This document shows positions 24,359 through 42,815 of a DNA stretch of 64,000 nt, in pieces (within the stretch, counting starts at the first letter, position 1; each line of letters starts with the position of its first letter). The stretch is from Anthoceros angustus (taxonomy: Eukaryota > Plantae > Anthocerotophyta): positions 955,478 to 1,019,477 of the forward strand of contig MU008158.1 of the NCBI GenBank assembly GCA_010909165.1, given 5' to 3'. The notes under the pieces are model-generated. The model saw only the letters and a list, made by a program, of their open reading frames with translations. It was not told the origin of the DNA and searched no databases. The position numbers and the translations under genes were made by a program.

Positions 24359-24535
24359 GACCGCAAACGATTTCTTCTCCACACACTTGCAGGCTCCATT
24401 TCTCCAGCAACACTTCTTACAAACCGAATTATGTCCCACTTTTGACCGCAAACGATTTCTTCTCCACACATTTGCAGGCTCCATTTCTCCAGCAACACTC
24501 CTTACAAACCGAATTATGTCCCACTTTTGACCGCA
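24359..24535. repeat. 85-bp near-perfect tandem duplication
   Basis: gaccgcaaacgatttcttctccacac...ttatgtcccactttt starts at 24359 and 24444, with gaccgca again at 24529. A second duplication of about 60 bp follows at 24555-24680. Confidence 0.9.
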
Positions 24536-25434
24536 TCTTTGCTATGCGTTGCTCTACTCCCTCCTCATGCTGATTCTCTGCTTGCGCCGCCTGCCTTACG
24601 AGCTTCCACACTCATCACTCCCTCCTAATGCTGATGCTCTGCTTGCGCCGCCTGCCTTTCGAGCTTCCACACTCCATCGCTCCCTCTTGGATGTTTCCGC
24701 TACCTTCCTTCCTCCTTGCATGTGCATTGCGCACACAACCCTGAATCCAGAACGCACGCGGACGAGGCGAAGCATGCTAGATAGCATGCTTTACTAGAAA
24801 TGCCCACCAAGTAGATTGAGATACAGACGTTCTCAGAAGCAGGTCCATAAGAGGTTGGATGGTAGAGTGCCTACTGATGTCCTGCTAGTGGCCCTCCTTG
24901 CTTACGAAAATCATCTCAGCCCTGAATGCAAGGTTGGCCAGGATCTGCCCTAGTTCCCTCTAGAGCATGAGCTTGTTTGTAAGTTAGGCTATGCTAGTGC
25001 ACAAGCATGAACATGAGGATGGGCATGTGCTGCCATGGCAGGTTTACGGGTTCTGAGCTAAGTTCTTAGGTGCTGCATTTTGTCCCCTGTACAGACCAGG
25101 AGCCTCCTCCTCTAACCAAAACACCAAGCAAAGCGTTATGAGGTGAATCAAGGAGTGACATTCAAACATGAGACAAACATGCATTCAGTCCCTGCTTGTG
25201 CTGCTTCCTTGTTCCCTCCCAGAAGATGCAGTACCGAGCCTGAAGCCGCTAGTATTGTATGTTCCTACATTGACCCACCATAGATAAAGTCAAGTGAGAC
25301 AAAGATACATCCCAGGATTTACAAAAGTCATCATAGGATTTACAAAGTCTTCCCGAGATTCACAAAGTGACAAATGGCTTTTTCCAAATTTGCAACCTAG
25401 GCACATACATGCACCCTTTGAAAGTACTATACAT

Positions 25435-25505
25435 GTATGTACCTATATATATATACATGTATACATACATACATACATACATACATGTATACTATGCATG
25501 TATGT
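25435..25505. repeat. (TA)n/(TACA)n microsatellite
   Basis: tatatatatatacatgtatacatacatacatacatacatacatg. Confidence 0.9.
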
Positions 25506-25981
25506 ACCTGTTGTTGTTGGGAAATACCGTCAAGTGTATTATAATAGACTTTTCTTCTTTTTTGTGTATTTGGGAAGAAATCTTGCCCTTTCTCAACAGT
25601 GAACCCCTTATTGCAAGGTCAACACCGAAATTTTGGGATCGACCTCCTACTGTTGTACGATATACATACATCGTACCATTGCTGCAAAGCTTTGTCTAGT
25701 CGAGTCCAAATCGGATCTGTGCTTCTTGCCTGCCCAGATCAGATTTCTCGACATGAGCGTTGTGATTTTGCTGCCAGATTTGGTGTGAACGATTCTCTGA
25801 AGTTAGTGCATCGGTGTTGTTGGGTGGCTCGTTCTCGGACAATGTGATTGCTTCAAAGGAGACGACGGTCACAGCCTGGGCAGACCTTGTGTGTTGTCTT
25901 CAAGGTGTGGCATTCTCAGGAACAATGTTCAAAGTGATAGGGTCAGCGGGTGATCTCTGTATCCGAAGAAAGGTGAGAGTC

Positions 25982-28900
25982 ATGAGCCAGACTCGAAGCA
26001 GCAGCCGCCTCCTGGTGCCGATCGTGCTGCTCGTTCTGCTTGTCCTGACCCGGGCCGCACCTCACGGGGATGCCGATGACGACGACGATCTGGACGACCT
26101 GGATGATCTGGAGGCGGAGTTGGCGGCAGTGGGGGATGTTGATCTCATGGGCAGAGCACAGAGACTGCTGGTGGGTCTGAATGACCAGAACATAGAGCGG
26201 GTTATCGGCGCTCACGAGTATGTGCTGCTGCTGGGTTATGCTCCCTGGTGCACCCGCAGTTCAGCACTGATGCCGGAATTTGCTGCGGCGGCCACAATTC
26301 TGGCAGACGGTGGCAGCCCCGTTCTGGTGGCCAAGGTTGATGCTGTTGCCAATCCCACGGCTGCGGCTCGCTACGGGATTAAGGGCTATCCCACGATCTT
26401 GTTCTTCACAAATGGGACAGCTCAACGTCACAATGGCGGTCAGACAAGGTGACCATCTCTCAGGTTTTTTTATGTGCAGGGATCAAGTTCATGGTTTGTT
26501 TGCTGGTTACGCTTGAAACAAGCAAACTGAAGTGAGCCGCTTCAGTAGAGCAAGGCCTCCTGAGAAACTGTTTGTGCATTGGTTCAGGGATGAGTTTGTA
26601 AATTGGGTTAGGAAGAGGACAGGATTTCCTGCTACTGGTGTCTCAACTCCTGCTGGAGCTGAAGATATTCTGAATAGAAATGTCACATTTGTCGTTGGCT
26701 ACTTCGAGAAATTTGAGGTAAAATACCTTCAGACAGTGACATTGATGCTGGGGGTCATATGTCGGTGTCACAGGTTGCTATTGTCTCACACTCACAGCCA
26801 CTAATCTCTTGCTTGTGAAGGGTCCTGAGTACGAAGAGTTCGTGTCAGTGGCTAAGGAAGAAGACGGTACTGAGTTCTTGCAAATTGACAATGATGAGGT
26901 GGTGAAACTTTTCAAGTCCATATCCTCGGATGGCAGGCCCGCCATTGGCTTGCAGAAGAGCGAGCCTGAGTTTTTTGTTTCATTTGGTATGGCTTAAAGC
27001 TCTACCCCTTTGAACTGAATGAGACCACTTATCTGGGTTGCACTTACGGATGAGTTCTTGGTAGATGGCAACTTTAGCAAGGAGGAAATTTCAGATTTCG
27101 TAGAGGTGAATAAGCATCCATTGGTGACAAGGCTTACCATGGAGAAGATGATGAAAGTTTACTCCAGCAAAGTACAACATCAGGTGTCAATGCAAGCATT
27201 TCCTTCATCATCCACCAAGCAGGGCATCAATTCTGTCTTTGGCTGTTTCATTGAGCTGTTTTCCATAGCTTAAAGTTCCATCCAACTCCAGGTCCTGTTG
27301 TTTGCTTCATCTGAAGATCTTCAGCAGTTGTCTCCAGTTTTGTTGGATACGGCTGCACTCTTCAAAGGGAAGGTTGGAATACAGCTTCTCTCTGATGGTG
27401 CCGGTGGTTCTAGTGTAACTGCTTATATGTTTTGAGTAGCTCAACCTGAGTAACTGTCCCCTGTCGGTTTTTCAGGTTATGTTCATATGGGTGGATCTTG
27501 GTGATGAGGATCTTTCCCGACCGATGCTTGCAGTCTATGGCCTTAGTCATAAAAAGCCATCAGTAAGCAATTCAGATCACCTTTCTCATGGCCATTGTTA
27601 TGCCTTGACGTATCTGCCCATCTTGTTGACTGTTTGCAGCTACTGTTTGTAGATCACTGCATTTCACAATGGGCTGGGCTTGAAGCATTTTCTAGACGCC
27701 GAAGCGACGAGCGACAACCTTCAGGTGCGCTGTCAGCCACTATCCCGTCATTGTCAGGATGAGCAAGAAGGGGCAGTTTCTGCAGGTTGTCTTACCATGC
27801 TGCTTCTAACCCTGGCAGAAATTTTGTGCCGAATTTGTGGCCGGGAATCTTCCACTCCACTTCAAATCTCAACCAGTTCCGGACGAGGTAGAAGAGCCTG
27901 CTGAAACATGGCCCTTACCTGTACCAGCTACCAATTCCAGTCAGCAGTAACCTCTCTCTTTGGCATTTCAGGATGACGGCGATGTTAAGGTTGTTGTTGG
28001 CAAAAGTCTTAGCCAATACTTGGAGAATGAGGCGAAGGATCTATTTCTACAGGTAGTTGTTTTTTTCAAATGGATCTCCAATGCCTTCGTTGTTGTGCTC
28101 TGGCACTGAGACATTCTTGCACCTTGTGCTTGGAACAGGTGAACACTCCTTGGTGTGTTACATGTGAGAAGGTGAGTAAGGCGTTTCACAAGGTCGCTAG
28201 CCATCTCAAGGACGTGCCGTCCATCGTGTTCGGCACAATAGATGCTTCCTCTAACGAGCATCCTCGTCTTGAGGTACGAATACCGCGCTCACCATTTGTC
28301 TCCAGCGTTGGGAGTGGGAAGCTAGTGACTTAGGGCTATGTGCAATTTTATCCATCGTTGTTGGACGTGCACAGGTGAACACGTTCCCTACTCTGCTCTT
28401 CTATCCAGCCGGGTCCGACAGAAGCTCTCCGGTGAGATTCTCTCCCTGGCATCTCGTGTGAAGCCAATTAATCCCCTCTCTCGCTATGAATGGATATTAT
28501 CGTGCCACGCACAAGCACCTCCTAGCAGGCTCTAAGAACAATTTCCGCGACAGGTCATTGCCTCCAAGTTCTCGGCCAAGGACATCCTGCAGTTCGTGAG
28601 GGAGCAAGCTGCAATCCCCTTCTCTGCGCCAGATCTCCCTAAGCCTGAGAAGAGAAAGAGTAAGCTTGAGGACGGCACCGACAGCAGGGCCCCTGGCGAG
28701 GCAGGAGAGGCGAGGGACAGATCAGAGGAAAGTGTTTCTGTCCACCGAGAAGGGGATGCGGGGCAGGAGTTGTCGCAACAAGATGCCGTCCATGAGGATG
28801 GTTACGTGTTGAAGGTGGGAGAGCGTCCGGATGAGGATACCGCCGTCCGAGAGCTGGAGAATGCGGGCCCCGGCGAACATTCAGATGAATCCCATGCCGT

Positions 28901-29042
28901 CCCTGAGGAAGCTTCGGAAGGGAAAGTGGCGGAGCACTCAGATCACATTTATGCTCCATACGAGGACGGCCATGCCAACGAAAGTCGCACTCCACGTGTA
29001 GAAGCTTTTGCCAGGAGTGATCTAGTGAAGGACGAGCTTTGA
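25982..29042 (+). CDS. Protein disulfide isomerase-like, PDIL1-5/1-6 type (a-b-b'-a'), ER-retained, multi-exon
   Basis: Signal peptide, acidic DDDDDL segment, YAPWCTRS (CxxS) in domain a, TPWCVTC in domain a', C-terminal KDEL. The CxxS/CxxC pair matches the PDIL1-5/1-6 subgroup. Confidence 0.9.
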
Positions 29043-30285
29043 GTGGTCCTGCTGTGGTCATGGCGCCGTTGTTCTTCTGGTCTGTCGAGATGTGCCTGCT
29101 GCCGCCGTCCGCGTCCAGAAACATCCTGTTCCATGAGGACCTGCGTCCGCTTTTTGTCCGACACGGGAACAATGGCTACAAGGTCGGTCTCTTGGTCTCC
29201 GTTTGCGAGAACGCGTTTTGCTAGGTGAACAAGTGAAGTATTTGTATTCTGCTCTCAGTCATTTTATTTACCTATTCCAAAATCTCAATTGGACATCTCC
29301 TTAAACGGGAGCTGTGGAGCCGTACCCAAGTGTTCTCAGGAATGTATGTAAGGTATATATATATTTTTTGAGACACAAGTACAAAGCCGAGCCTGCTTAT
29401 GATGATGGGCACAAGGTTTCGAGGCCGTCATCAAGGATGGGCACCAGGAGAGGCAAGGGTCGTGGCGACAAACTAGGCCGAAATCAGGTCCAGCATGCCT
29501 CCTCGAAACATTGTTGGTTTACCTGTCCACGGCGTGAACTAAGGAGCTTTGGTTATGCATGCTTTGATTTCATGGCCCCCGTGAGGATGTTGAGTGGGCG
29601 CACTCTGGGAAGCAGTTTAAAACGGGGCCCCACAAACGACATTCACATGACGGCTCCACTGCCCGCACACTTCCGCAAGCAGCCAACAATACATACAGAG
29701 CACAGCACAACCCGTACAGGACACGCCGTTGATGATGTCGGTGACAGAATATCCTTCGCTGTTCCTTCCGTTTCATGGGTGTTCAACCAAGTTTGCTCAG
29801 ACTCCCCCGATTTCCTCCTTCGTCAAGCCAGACACAGTTGGAGTCCAGCATGTACCAGATCAGCAATTGCTGGCTTCAATGGCCCACGAAAGCCCAGCAG
29901 CTCTCGTGAAACCCTAGATCATTTTCTTGGCCAGTGCACTGACATATCTTCACTGCTGCGGGTAAGCTTGGGCCATCCAGGAGAAGAAAAGGGATAGCTC
30001 AAGTCTCACCAAAACACCCTCATCTCGTATCAGCTATCCTGAAATCGTTGCACACCACTGGTAGAAACAAGTCCCGGAGGCTGCAAGAATACCACTGGCT
30101 CTGCTTCAGCCAGCCAGCCAGCACCCAAACCTGTGCTGAGATGAAGCTGCAATTTCGCACTCCCTCGTGAGATGAACCTGTACAAGAAATGGTTGAAAGG
30201 CAAACTACAGATGGTCCTGTATCCAAGAACAAAGAATGATGATGTCCACACTCGCCAAATCACACATCCGCGCCATCGCCATGCG

Positions 30286-31191
30286 TCAGGACTTCACTCC
30301 ATCGGGTCCCGAGGAAGTCACAGACGCTGTTTCCGAACCCTCCGACCCGAAATATTCCCGCCATACAGCATGATCTCCGAACCCTCCGTCCTTAGGCGAC
30401 ATAGGCTCCGGCTCCCTGTAGGAAGATGACACGGTTATGGTGAACGGCATTCTCCTCAAAGAATCCTCCTGCTCATACACAGCGGACCGCCTCCTCTTCC
30501 TCGAAAACTTCTCCTTCAAACACAAGTATCCCTTATACACGATAATGGAAGGCAGCTTCACCAAGCCCAGAACCAGGAGATGCAGCAGCGAGAGCGGGCA
30601 GCAGCAGACGGCCGTGCAGTCCGCGGCCAGCCCGGCTGCGCACTTGCACATCCTGCCAGTGCAGGCGGGGGGACTCTCAGGCTTCTGGCAATCGTCATGC
30701 CATCCCGCTCCGAACCGAGCTTCCCGCCAGTCCCCTCTCTTCCCCCCGCACACACACGTGGTGCGTGACCCCTGCTCCGTCCTCGCCAGGTTCCCCGCAG
30801 ACACGCTCCGCAGCCCTGCCCCTCGGCCCTGCACTGCCCCGGAGTAAGAAGCAAATCCGGACGCAGAACGCGGATCCAGGCCCTTCGCCACGTTCCTTCC
30901 ACCCTGCAACCCCGGGCCGGACACTGTCACCAAATTCCTCACCGCAGGCGACGCGTCGTGCACTGCCGCCTGCTCCTCGCTGGCCATCGCAAGGGCCTCA
31001 TTCAGATACGAGTCCGGGAGATCAAACAGGGGAGATTCCAGCACAGAATCGGGCGAATATTGGGCGCCCGCATGAGCGCCAGATGCATCCTCAAAGGCGG
31101 TCCCATATGCATGCGTGCGCCGCTTCCTCCGATGCAGGAGAGGTACGTCAAGCCGGGGCGCCGTGGCTGTCTTCCCCACGATCCCTTCCAA
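30286..31191 (-). CDS. Plant uncharacterised protein with Cys-rich membrane-anchor motif (AADCTAVCCCP...LVKLP), intronless
   Basis: 301-aa ORF with the conserved-looking CAAGLAADCTAVCCCPLSLLHLLVLGLVKLP, a basic RKRRR run and a VWREYF motif, as in a land-plant DUF-like family. Confidence 0.7.
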   Translation of the reverse strand: MEGIVGKTATAPRLDVPLLHRRKRRTHAYGTAFEDASGAHAGAQYSPDSVLESPLFDLPDSYLNEALAMASEEQAAVHDASPAVRNLVTVSGPGLQGGRNVAKGLDPRSASGFASYSGAVQGRGAGLRSVSAGNLARTEQGSRTTCVCGGKRGDWREARFGAGWHDDCQKPESPPACTGRMCKCAAGLAADCTAVCCCPLSLLHLLVLGLVKLPSIIVYKGYLCLKEKFSRKRRRSAVYEQEDSLRRMPFTITVSSSYREPEPMSPKDGGFGDHAVWREYFGSEGSETASVTSSGPDGVKS

Positions 31192-31221
31192 TCAAGCTTG
31201 CAAATTCGACAAACACGTCAC

Positions 31222-31268
31222 AAACACAACACAGCACAGCACAACACAACACAACACAACACAACACA
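31222..31268. repeat. (CACAA/CACAG)n pentanucleotide microsatellite in the 5' leader of the 30286-31191 gene
   Basis: aaacacaacacagcacagcacaacacaacacaacacaacacaacac. Confidence 0.85.
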
Positions 31269-31977
31269 CTCCCCTTCCCTTCTCCTCTGCCGCAACAACA
31301 AGTTCGACCAACACCAACAACCAAGAATCCCTTCCCCTTCCCGTCCCTCCAACCTCCACGGGAGAAGCTGGCTCAGCGCGCGTTCCAGAACGCGGCAAGA
31401 TTCAGTGAATGTGGGCGAGGGTGAGCGGTGGAGGACGTGGGCGGTATGCAGCGATGGGCGTGAAGAGGAGGTGGTGGTGGGCGAGAAGAGGAGAATGACA
31501 GGGAGCAGAGTCGAGAGTTGCAGAGGAGTGTCTTAAAACATGACCGTTATTGGAGAAAGGAGGCCGACCGGAGAAATCTCGGAGCCGGTGGCGCCGACCC
31601 AGCTGGCCACGCGGCCTCGCTGTACGGGCAAGATGCTTGCAGTGTAGGAAATCGGCGCGGGGACGGGGTACCTGAAACGGAGCCGGTAACTTCCTTCGTC
31701 TCTGGGCTCTTTCTTATTTTATAAGACATTTATACAGCCTTTATTCTCGAGAAAAGAATACGGCCTCCGTTTCAGGCTTTTTTGTTTTTGTTTTTGTTTT
31801 TCGAGAATGCTTGTTTCAGGTTTCCACCCAGCGCCGAACCGAATCCACTTTATGTGACTGGAAAGGAAAGTGTGACCTTGTTATAAACGTTCCCTTCCTC
31901 TTGTCCACCGTACTCGCTTTGGTTTTGGACCGTCGAGTTGCGGGAACCCGGCGGCCAGGTGCCGGAGAGTGCGAGCT

Positions 31978-34475
31978 ATGGCAAGGAATCCAAAGAAGAA
32001 AAAAGTGCGAAAGACGCAGATAGAAACTCCGGAGCCGGCTGATCGTGCTTCTGCAGCGCTGCCTCCGGCGGAGCAGCAGCCCAAGGTCATGTTTCGTGTG
32101 ATTTGTGAAACCTTGTACACTTGATTTGGGACAGCACACAGGAGCTGATGACGGGGTGGGGCAACAGGTGTGGCAGCCGGGAGTTGATGGAATTGAGGAA
32201 GGGGAGGAATTGCAGTTTGATCCAACAGCGTATGACTGCTTGCACGGATTTCACCTGGGATGGCCGTGTCTCAGGTCAGTGTTGCGTGAATGGGTCAGGA
32301 CCTGTTGCGTTCACGTATGACCTGCTTGCGGTGGTGGGCTGAGGGGTGGACGTTTCTCATTTGTTTCATTTGCAGCTTTGATATTGTGCGGGATTCACTT
32401 GGCGTTGAGAGGACGGAATTTCCACATACAGTGTTTTGTGTAGCAGGCACGCAGGTTTTTATCTTGCAACACATGACGAGGGTTGTTTGTGACTTTCTGT
32501 TTTTAAGGTTGTTGCTGACTGGTGGTTTGAACAGGCGGACTTGGCCTCCAACAATTCACTTGCTGTTGTGAGGCTGTCTAACTTAACGGGTAAAAGGCAA
32601 CGACAAGCAGTTTCTAGGGATGGGGAAAGTGCAAGTGACAGTGATAGTGATAGTGACGATGAGGATGAGGATGTGTCCATGGACCCGCAGCCTTCGTCCA
32701 ATCGTTCCAAGAGGCCATCTATGCAGGTACGGTGTTACCGGTTCTGATGTGTTATGAACACTGTCGTCTCATGTTTGCGGCTTGTTATGGGATCTTTGAG
32801 CTTGTTGCAAGGAGGAAGTGACAGTGTTTTGATTGCAGATCCGGAGGGTAGCACACCAGGGTTGTGTCAACCGTATCCGATCAATGCCACAGCGTCCTCA
32901 CATTTGTGCAAGCTGGGCAGACACGGGCTATGTGCAGGTGGCCTTTACGACACTCATAGCATCTGGTTTTTCTACTGAGGGTTTCGTGATTTTGCACCAG
33001 ATTCAGCTCTCGGGGTCTGTGCAGGTCTGGGACGTGGCTAATCATCTGCGAGCTCTGTCAGACTTAACTCCAGACACGAGCACAACTTCCGGTTCCATTC
33101 TCCGGCAGGCACCTATACATATTTTCACGGGTCATGGGGATGAGGGCTTTGCCATGGATTGGTCACCTATCACTCCTGGACGCCTTTTGACAGGTTGGTT
33201 GGCAACTTTCTGATGCTCATGCCTTTGTCTCACCCACAAAAGATAGGGAGGGGGTCGTCTGACATCATTGTCTGCCTGCTTCTATAAGGTGACTGCAAAG
33301 CAGGTCTTTTTTTGTGGGAACCTTCCTCAGAAGGAAAATGGGTTGTTGATAAGACTCCATTTCAAGGTCACTCCAAAAGTGTTGAGGACATACAGGTGAG
33401 GTTGGGGTCCCTGTCAGACAGCACATACATGGATCCCCGAAATTGATGGCTATCCTGCACCTTTTGGCAGTCCATTTATCTCAGCATTCTTTTGATTATT
33501 GATGGCAGTGGAGTCCAACGGAGGCAGATGTCTTTGCTTCCTGCTCGGCCGATGGGACTTTAAGGATTTGGGATACACGGGAACGCAGAAAATCAGCCTT
33601 TGACATAAAGGCGCATGACACAGATGTGAATGTGATCTCATGGAACAGGTAGGCAGGTTCCTGTTGTTCAGTTCTGTACCATCAGTACTATACGTGATGT
33701 GTGCATGTGTGCTGGTACCAGCCTTCCTCAGCTAATGTGTCTAAGGTGGCAATGAAGGACTGCGAGCTGTATGATAGCCTCTGGGAGTGATGATGGAACT
33801 TTCCGCATCTGGGATCTTAGAAATATAAAGGTTGGATTAAAAATGCCAAGGCTCTTTTGATTGTTCTTGTTCTCACAATGCAATGCAGTGTGGGTGCACT
33901 GGTGACCTGTACAGTTGAAGATTGCGGTGTGTCTGTGCAGGAAACTCCATTGGTAGCCCACTTCAAATATCATACAGGACCAATCACATCGATTGAATGG
34001 AGTCCTGTCGAGTCATCTATGCTGGCAGTAACATCTGCTGACAACCAGCTAACGTAATCCAAGCTACTCCCATCGCAGAATGCTTGTTGCTGCAGTACCT
34101 CTTTTGTTGTTCTTTGCCCTTATACGAATCCTGGTGTATTGCAGGGTTTGGGATTTGGCTTTAGAGCGTGATGTTGAAGAGGAGGCAGAATTTCAGGCGC
34201 AGTTGCAAAAGCAGCAAGCCAAGGCCCCCGAGGACTTGCCTCCACAATTGCTGTTTGTTCACCTGGTTCGTGAGTCAGATGTGCAAGGAAATGAATCCAT
34301 ATTTGCTGTATACAACCTTTTGTATTAATTGGCCCTATCTCGGTTGTTTCAGGGGCAGAAGGATTTGAAAGAGATGCACTGGCACCCCCAAATTAGGGGG
34401 ATGCTTGTTTCAACCGCCGGTGACGGTTTTAATATCCTAAGGCCTTCCAATCTGGATAACTTGCCTACCGCCTGA
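31978..34475 (+). CDS. GRWD1: Glutamate-rich WD40 protein 1 (GRWD1/Rrb1/HTD1), ribosome biogenesis, multi-exon
   Basis: [40 protein letters not shown]; [12 protein letters not shown]; [13 protein letters not shown]; [13 protein letters not shown]; [24 protein letters not shown]. Confidence 0.95.
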
Positions 34476-35136
34476 AGAGGTGTGCAGCGGGCCACTGCCT
34501 GTCGTAGGCAACTTTTCGGGTGATTGCCGGTATTCGTGGAGTTGCCGGCATCGTAAGTTGAGAAATATCTTTTGTAATCTGAGCAATATAGATAATTACT
34601 TGGCCAATTAGATTTCATGTCCACTACAAAGCCTGCTCCACGAAGATATGGTAAACAGAAGATGCACAGAATGAATTCCGTTGGACGTCCATTACGAGAC
34701 CAGCTGGATAGAGATGCGGTAACCAGAAGATGTAAGGAAAAATTTTCTATGCATTTCGAATTCTCTCGTCAACTCTTCAGATGCGGATGTGACTTTACAA
34801 GTCAGGCGCTGGCAAAAAAACGAGTGGCGAGCCATTGGTAATACGTGACACCACGCACTTCTGATATAGACAGCACATTTCAAGTATTCCGCCGGAAAAT
34901 GCCTGACTTTGGCGACGGGAGAGACGCGGGAACTCTGCTCTCCCAACGAGGGAACGCGGTTTCGAGAAATCAACTGAAACATTACATAGTACATGGAGCT
35001 GCCGGCTTGGCAGCAAAGAATGACACGAGAAGAAATGGGTGGATATCCAACTCCTCTGTTAAGGCAGAAGCTCATATGGGACAGACACCAGGTGCCAGAT
35101 CTGCAAACAGCCGCTGAGCACTCCAAAGGTGTGCGC

Positions 35137-36315
35137 TCAGTTGGCCTTGATGTGTCTACTGACCTGGGGCTTCCTCATGGTGCGGCTGAAGGGCCCGACC
35201 TTGGGATCCGTAATGTACATGAAGATGACGTGCATCCAGGAAGTGTGGTGCGCCAAATGGTCATAAAATTCAGGTGCTATTTGACGCACTTTGTACAGCC
35301 TGCAGCCTGGGACCCTTGGAAAATCATGGTGCTCATTGTGGTAGCCCACATTCCAAGCCAGCATGTTGAGAGGACCGTAATAGGAATACGTCTCCTGGCC
35401 ATCCGCAAACACGTAGTGCTCCGATATGAAGTGGCCGGCAATAGGATGCATACCACCTCCAAGGAATGTGGACAGAATGAGATACATGAACGACCTCCAC
35501 CCAGCATAGTAGAGCAACCAGGCATCAAACGCCAGCTGCGCACACAAGTTGGCCGCCTCCCACAGCCCCGGAGGCTTGGGATTCATAAACAGCGGCCGCA
35601 ACGCATAGAAGAAAAGCTGGAAAATGACCCACAACACCTTCATGAACATGTTGGTCACCACCCTGCCCTCGGTGTAGCTGGGAATATCCATATCGTACCC
35701 CTCCACCCCCTGATACCTGTGATGCTCCAGATGATACTTCTGAAACGTGACCGACATCGGAATCCCGATGGGAAGGTTGGCAAACACGCCGAGCACCCGG
35801 TTCCGAAACGGAGTCAGGAACGCCAGGTTGTGGCTCAGCTCGTGTATTGCCAGAAACAGGTTGTGATTCAGAAACGCCCCGAACACGTAGGCCACAGCCA
35901 CCAGCACCGGCCAGCTCGCATTGCGGCAGAAGACGGCAGTACATACTTGCAGAACCACCACAACTACGATCTGCACCCCACACCCCGGATCCAGCATCAG
36001 ATCCTCCAGTCCAAGACATGCAAAACCATACTACAGCTCCCCGCATTCCTCACGAACACCACCCTTGCCTTACCCCGCATTGCAATGCTGCATGGCACCA
36101 AGACCTAAGCCGGCATGCGGCATTCTGGTCCAATGCGAAAAGAGCAGGACAGGCAAGAAAAGGAAGAAAGCGTCCCCTACCTGCGGACAGGCCCATGGAT
36201 CTGGGCCGAAAAGCTCCTTGATCTCGGGATGCGCTGCCAGAATCTGCTTCCGCCTGGTGGCATGCGGTTCATCGGTTTCGGTCCAGTGGAAATCGTTGCG
36301 CGCCGATTGAACCAT
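35137..36315 (-). CDS. DES1: Sphingolipid delta-4 desaturase, 2 exons
   Basis: [33 protein letters not shown]-domain; His boxes HELSH, HLEHH, HNEHH; intron at about 36180-35972. Confidence 0.95.
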
Positions 36316-37385
36316 GGCGGCTGTAGCCCAGCCCAGCCCAGCGCAGGCGGTAGCGTCTTCCTTGGGACAAACTGGGCGGCCAGAGAACAAGGCAGCCTCG
36401 TTTGAAGATGATTTACCGCCCGGGTTTCAGTTTTCTGAACGCCAGCGCCGAATTCTGCGCCCCGTTTTATTCACCCAAAAGTGCGTCCCTTGTCGAAGAG
36501 TTTTCTTCCGGATCCTTCCTCCTGCTCGTCTCCTTCATGGTCCTCCCCATCCTACCGGGGCCCTCGCCGGACCATCGCATTGCGCCGGCCTCGTAACTTT
36601 TTCACGATTCGCGTCTCACCACCTGAGACGTGGGCCGCGGATTTTTGCTGCGCTTGCCTGCACTGGCGGGCCTTGTCGGCGGCACCCTCGTCTCGCGTCT
36701 CAATTCTCATAGGAAAGGTACGTGTCTCTTCCTTGCTGCAGCTGCCGGCGCTGGGATTGGGATTGGGATTGGCCGGGCTTGGTTCCATTTTGTGCTGCAG
36801 TGCGGGAGAGGAGCTCCTTCGGTGGTGGGAAGGCAATTTGCTAGTTCTGCTGCACAGCTGCGGTGTGCGTGTGCGTGTGTGTGGGTGGGGGTTGAGGGGG
36901 TTTAGGGAGGGCATTTCCGTTGTGGTTGGAGTGTTCGAGGGCCTGCCTTGCTTTGTCCAGCTCAGGATTGTGGGTGCGAATGCGTGGTGACATTTGGGGT
37001 GGCACATGTGGCTAGGAGTAGCTAGGCCTTGCGTTTGGGTTGCGTTGCGGCGAGCTTCCTGCTGGAAGCCTGCGCGGTGGGGTGGCCTGGCTACGGCTCG
37101 GTTTCGATGTGCTTTTCGGGCACTGAATTCTTTTTTTGGCCTGGCAATTTGTGCAGTTGGCGGGCTTCCGACCACTTGCCGAATTGAGGCGGTGAGTTGT
37201 TTGATTGTGGGCTTCGGAGAAGTCTGTGGGTGGGAGCATCTTGCTCTCGGGTGATGCTAGGATGATGTGCAGAATGTGAGAAGGCTTGAGACCCTAGGTT
37301 TGGTCTGACACGAGTGCGGGAGCGGGCTGGTTGGGGCCAGGTGCGCTAGGTTTCTTCAGGATTGGAGGAAGAGTCAGGTGGAGCA

Positions 37386-42121
<4,736 letters not shown>

Positions 42122-42815
42122 GGCAAGTCATGTTCACCAAGTTCTTACCCTGCCCTCTCTTCCTCGGTGTACAGTAGTCCGTTGGTGTACACTGGTGTGT
42201 CCACCGCATTGTGGACCTTGTATACGCTAGCAGGAGCTTCGCGATACAGATTGTCGTGTCACGGGCTGCTGCAATGGTATTTGAAGTGCGACAACTGCAC
42301 ATTTGCCTACCTATTTTGTTGGCTAGTAATTTACTGGACAACTGGCATACGTTGGTGGGGCACTGCATCGACTATAGGCAAATGCCGATGGCGACGCACA
42401 TTCTGTGTCGATTTAGACCCTCTGAGTATCCAAAATAAGGCGAGTGCAATTTTTGTTGATGCGCTCGCGTAACACGCGGAGAAATCTGCATGTCCACTTT
42501 ACGGCTTTACGGCAAATGGCTTAACGTCGAACACGTCATTGTGTTACTCTTCCCTCTCTATTGGGCGCCCTCGGTGAGCAAATGGCTACGTTTGAAATTG
42601 GAATCAAAACCATCAGAACAGAAAGCCAGAAAGATTCTTGCCTTCGTGTTTTGTTGGGTAGTTTTATTCAACGTGAAGCCGTAAGGGTTGTAGATGAAGC
42701 AATCTCAACGATAAACTTCCTCCATAACAAGTCAAACTCCGGAAGGCCCCCCTCAACTTGCGTTGTGGGAATGGGAGTGCCTACTGCCTGATCTACATCG
42801 TCTAGACTAGCTGTG

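Noticed and set aside
29314-29997. 227-aa ORF between PDI and the Cys-motif gene
   Set aside because: Non-ATG start and random composition; probably UTR or intergenic.
32076-32167. TGATGA/CTGA in GRWD1 intron 1 as an intronic C/D snoRNA
   Set aside because: Boxes are not in C...D order with a terminal stem.
34993-36108. 371-aa plus-strand ORF
   Set aside because: Antisense shadow of the GC-rich DES1 exon; no motifs.
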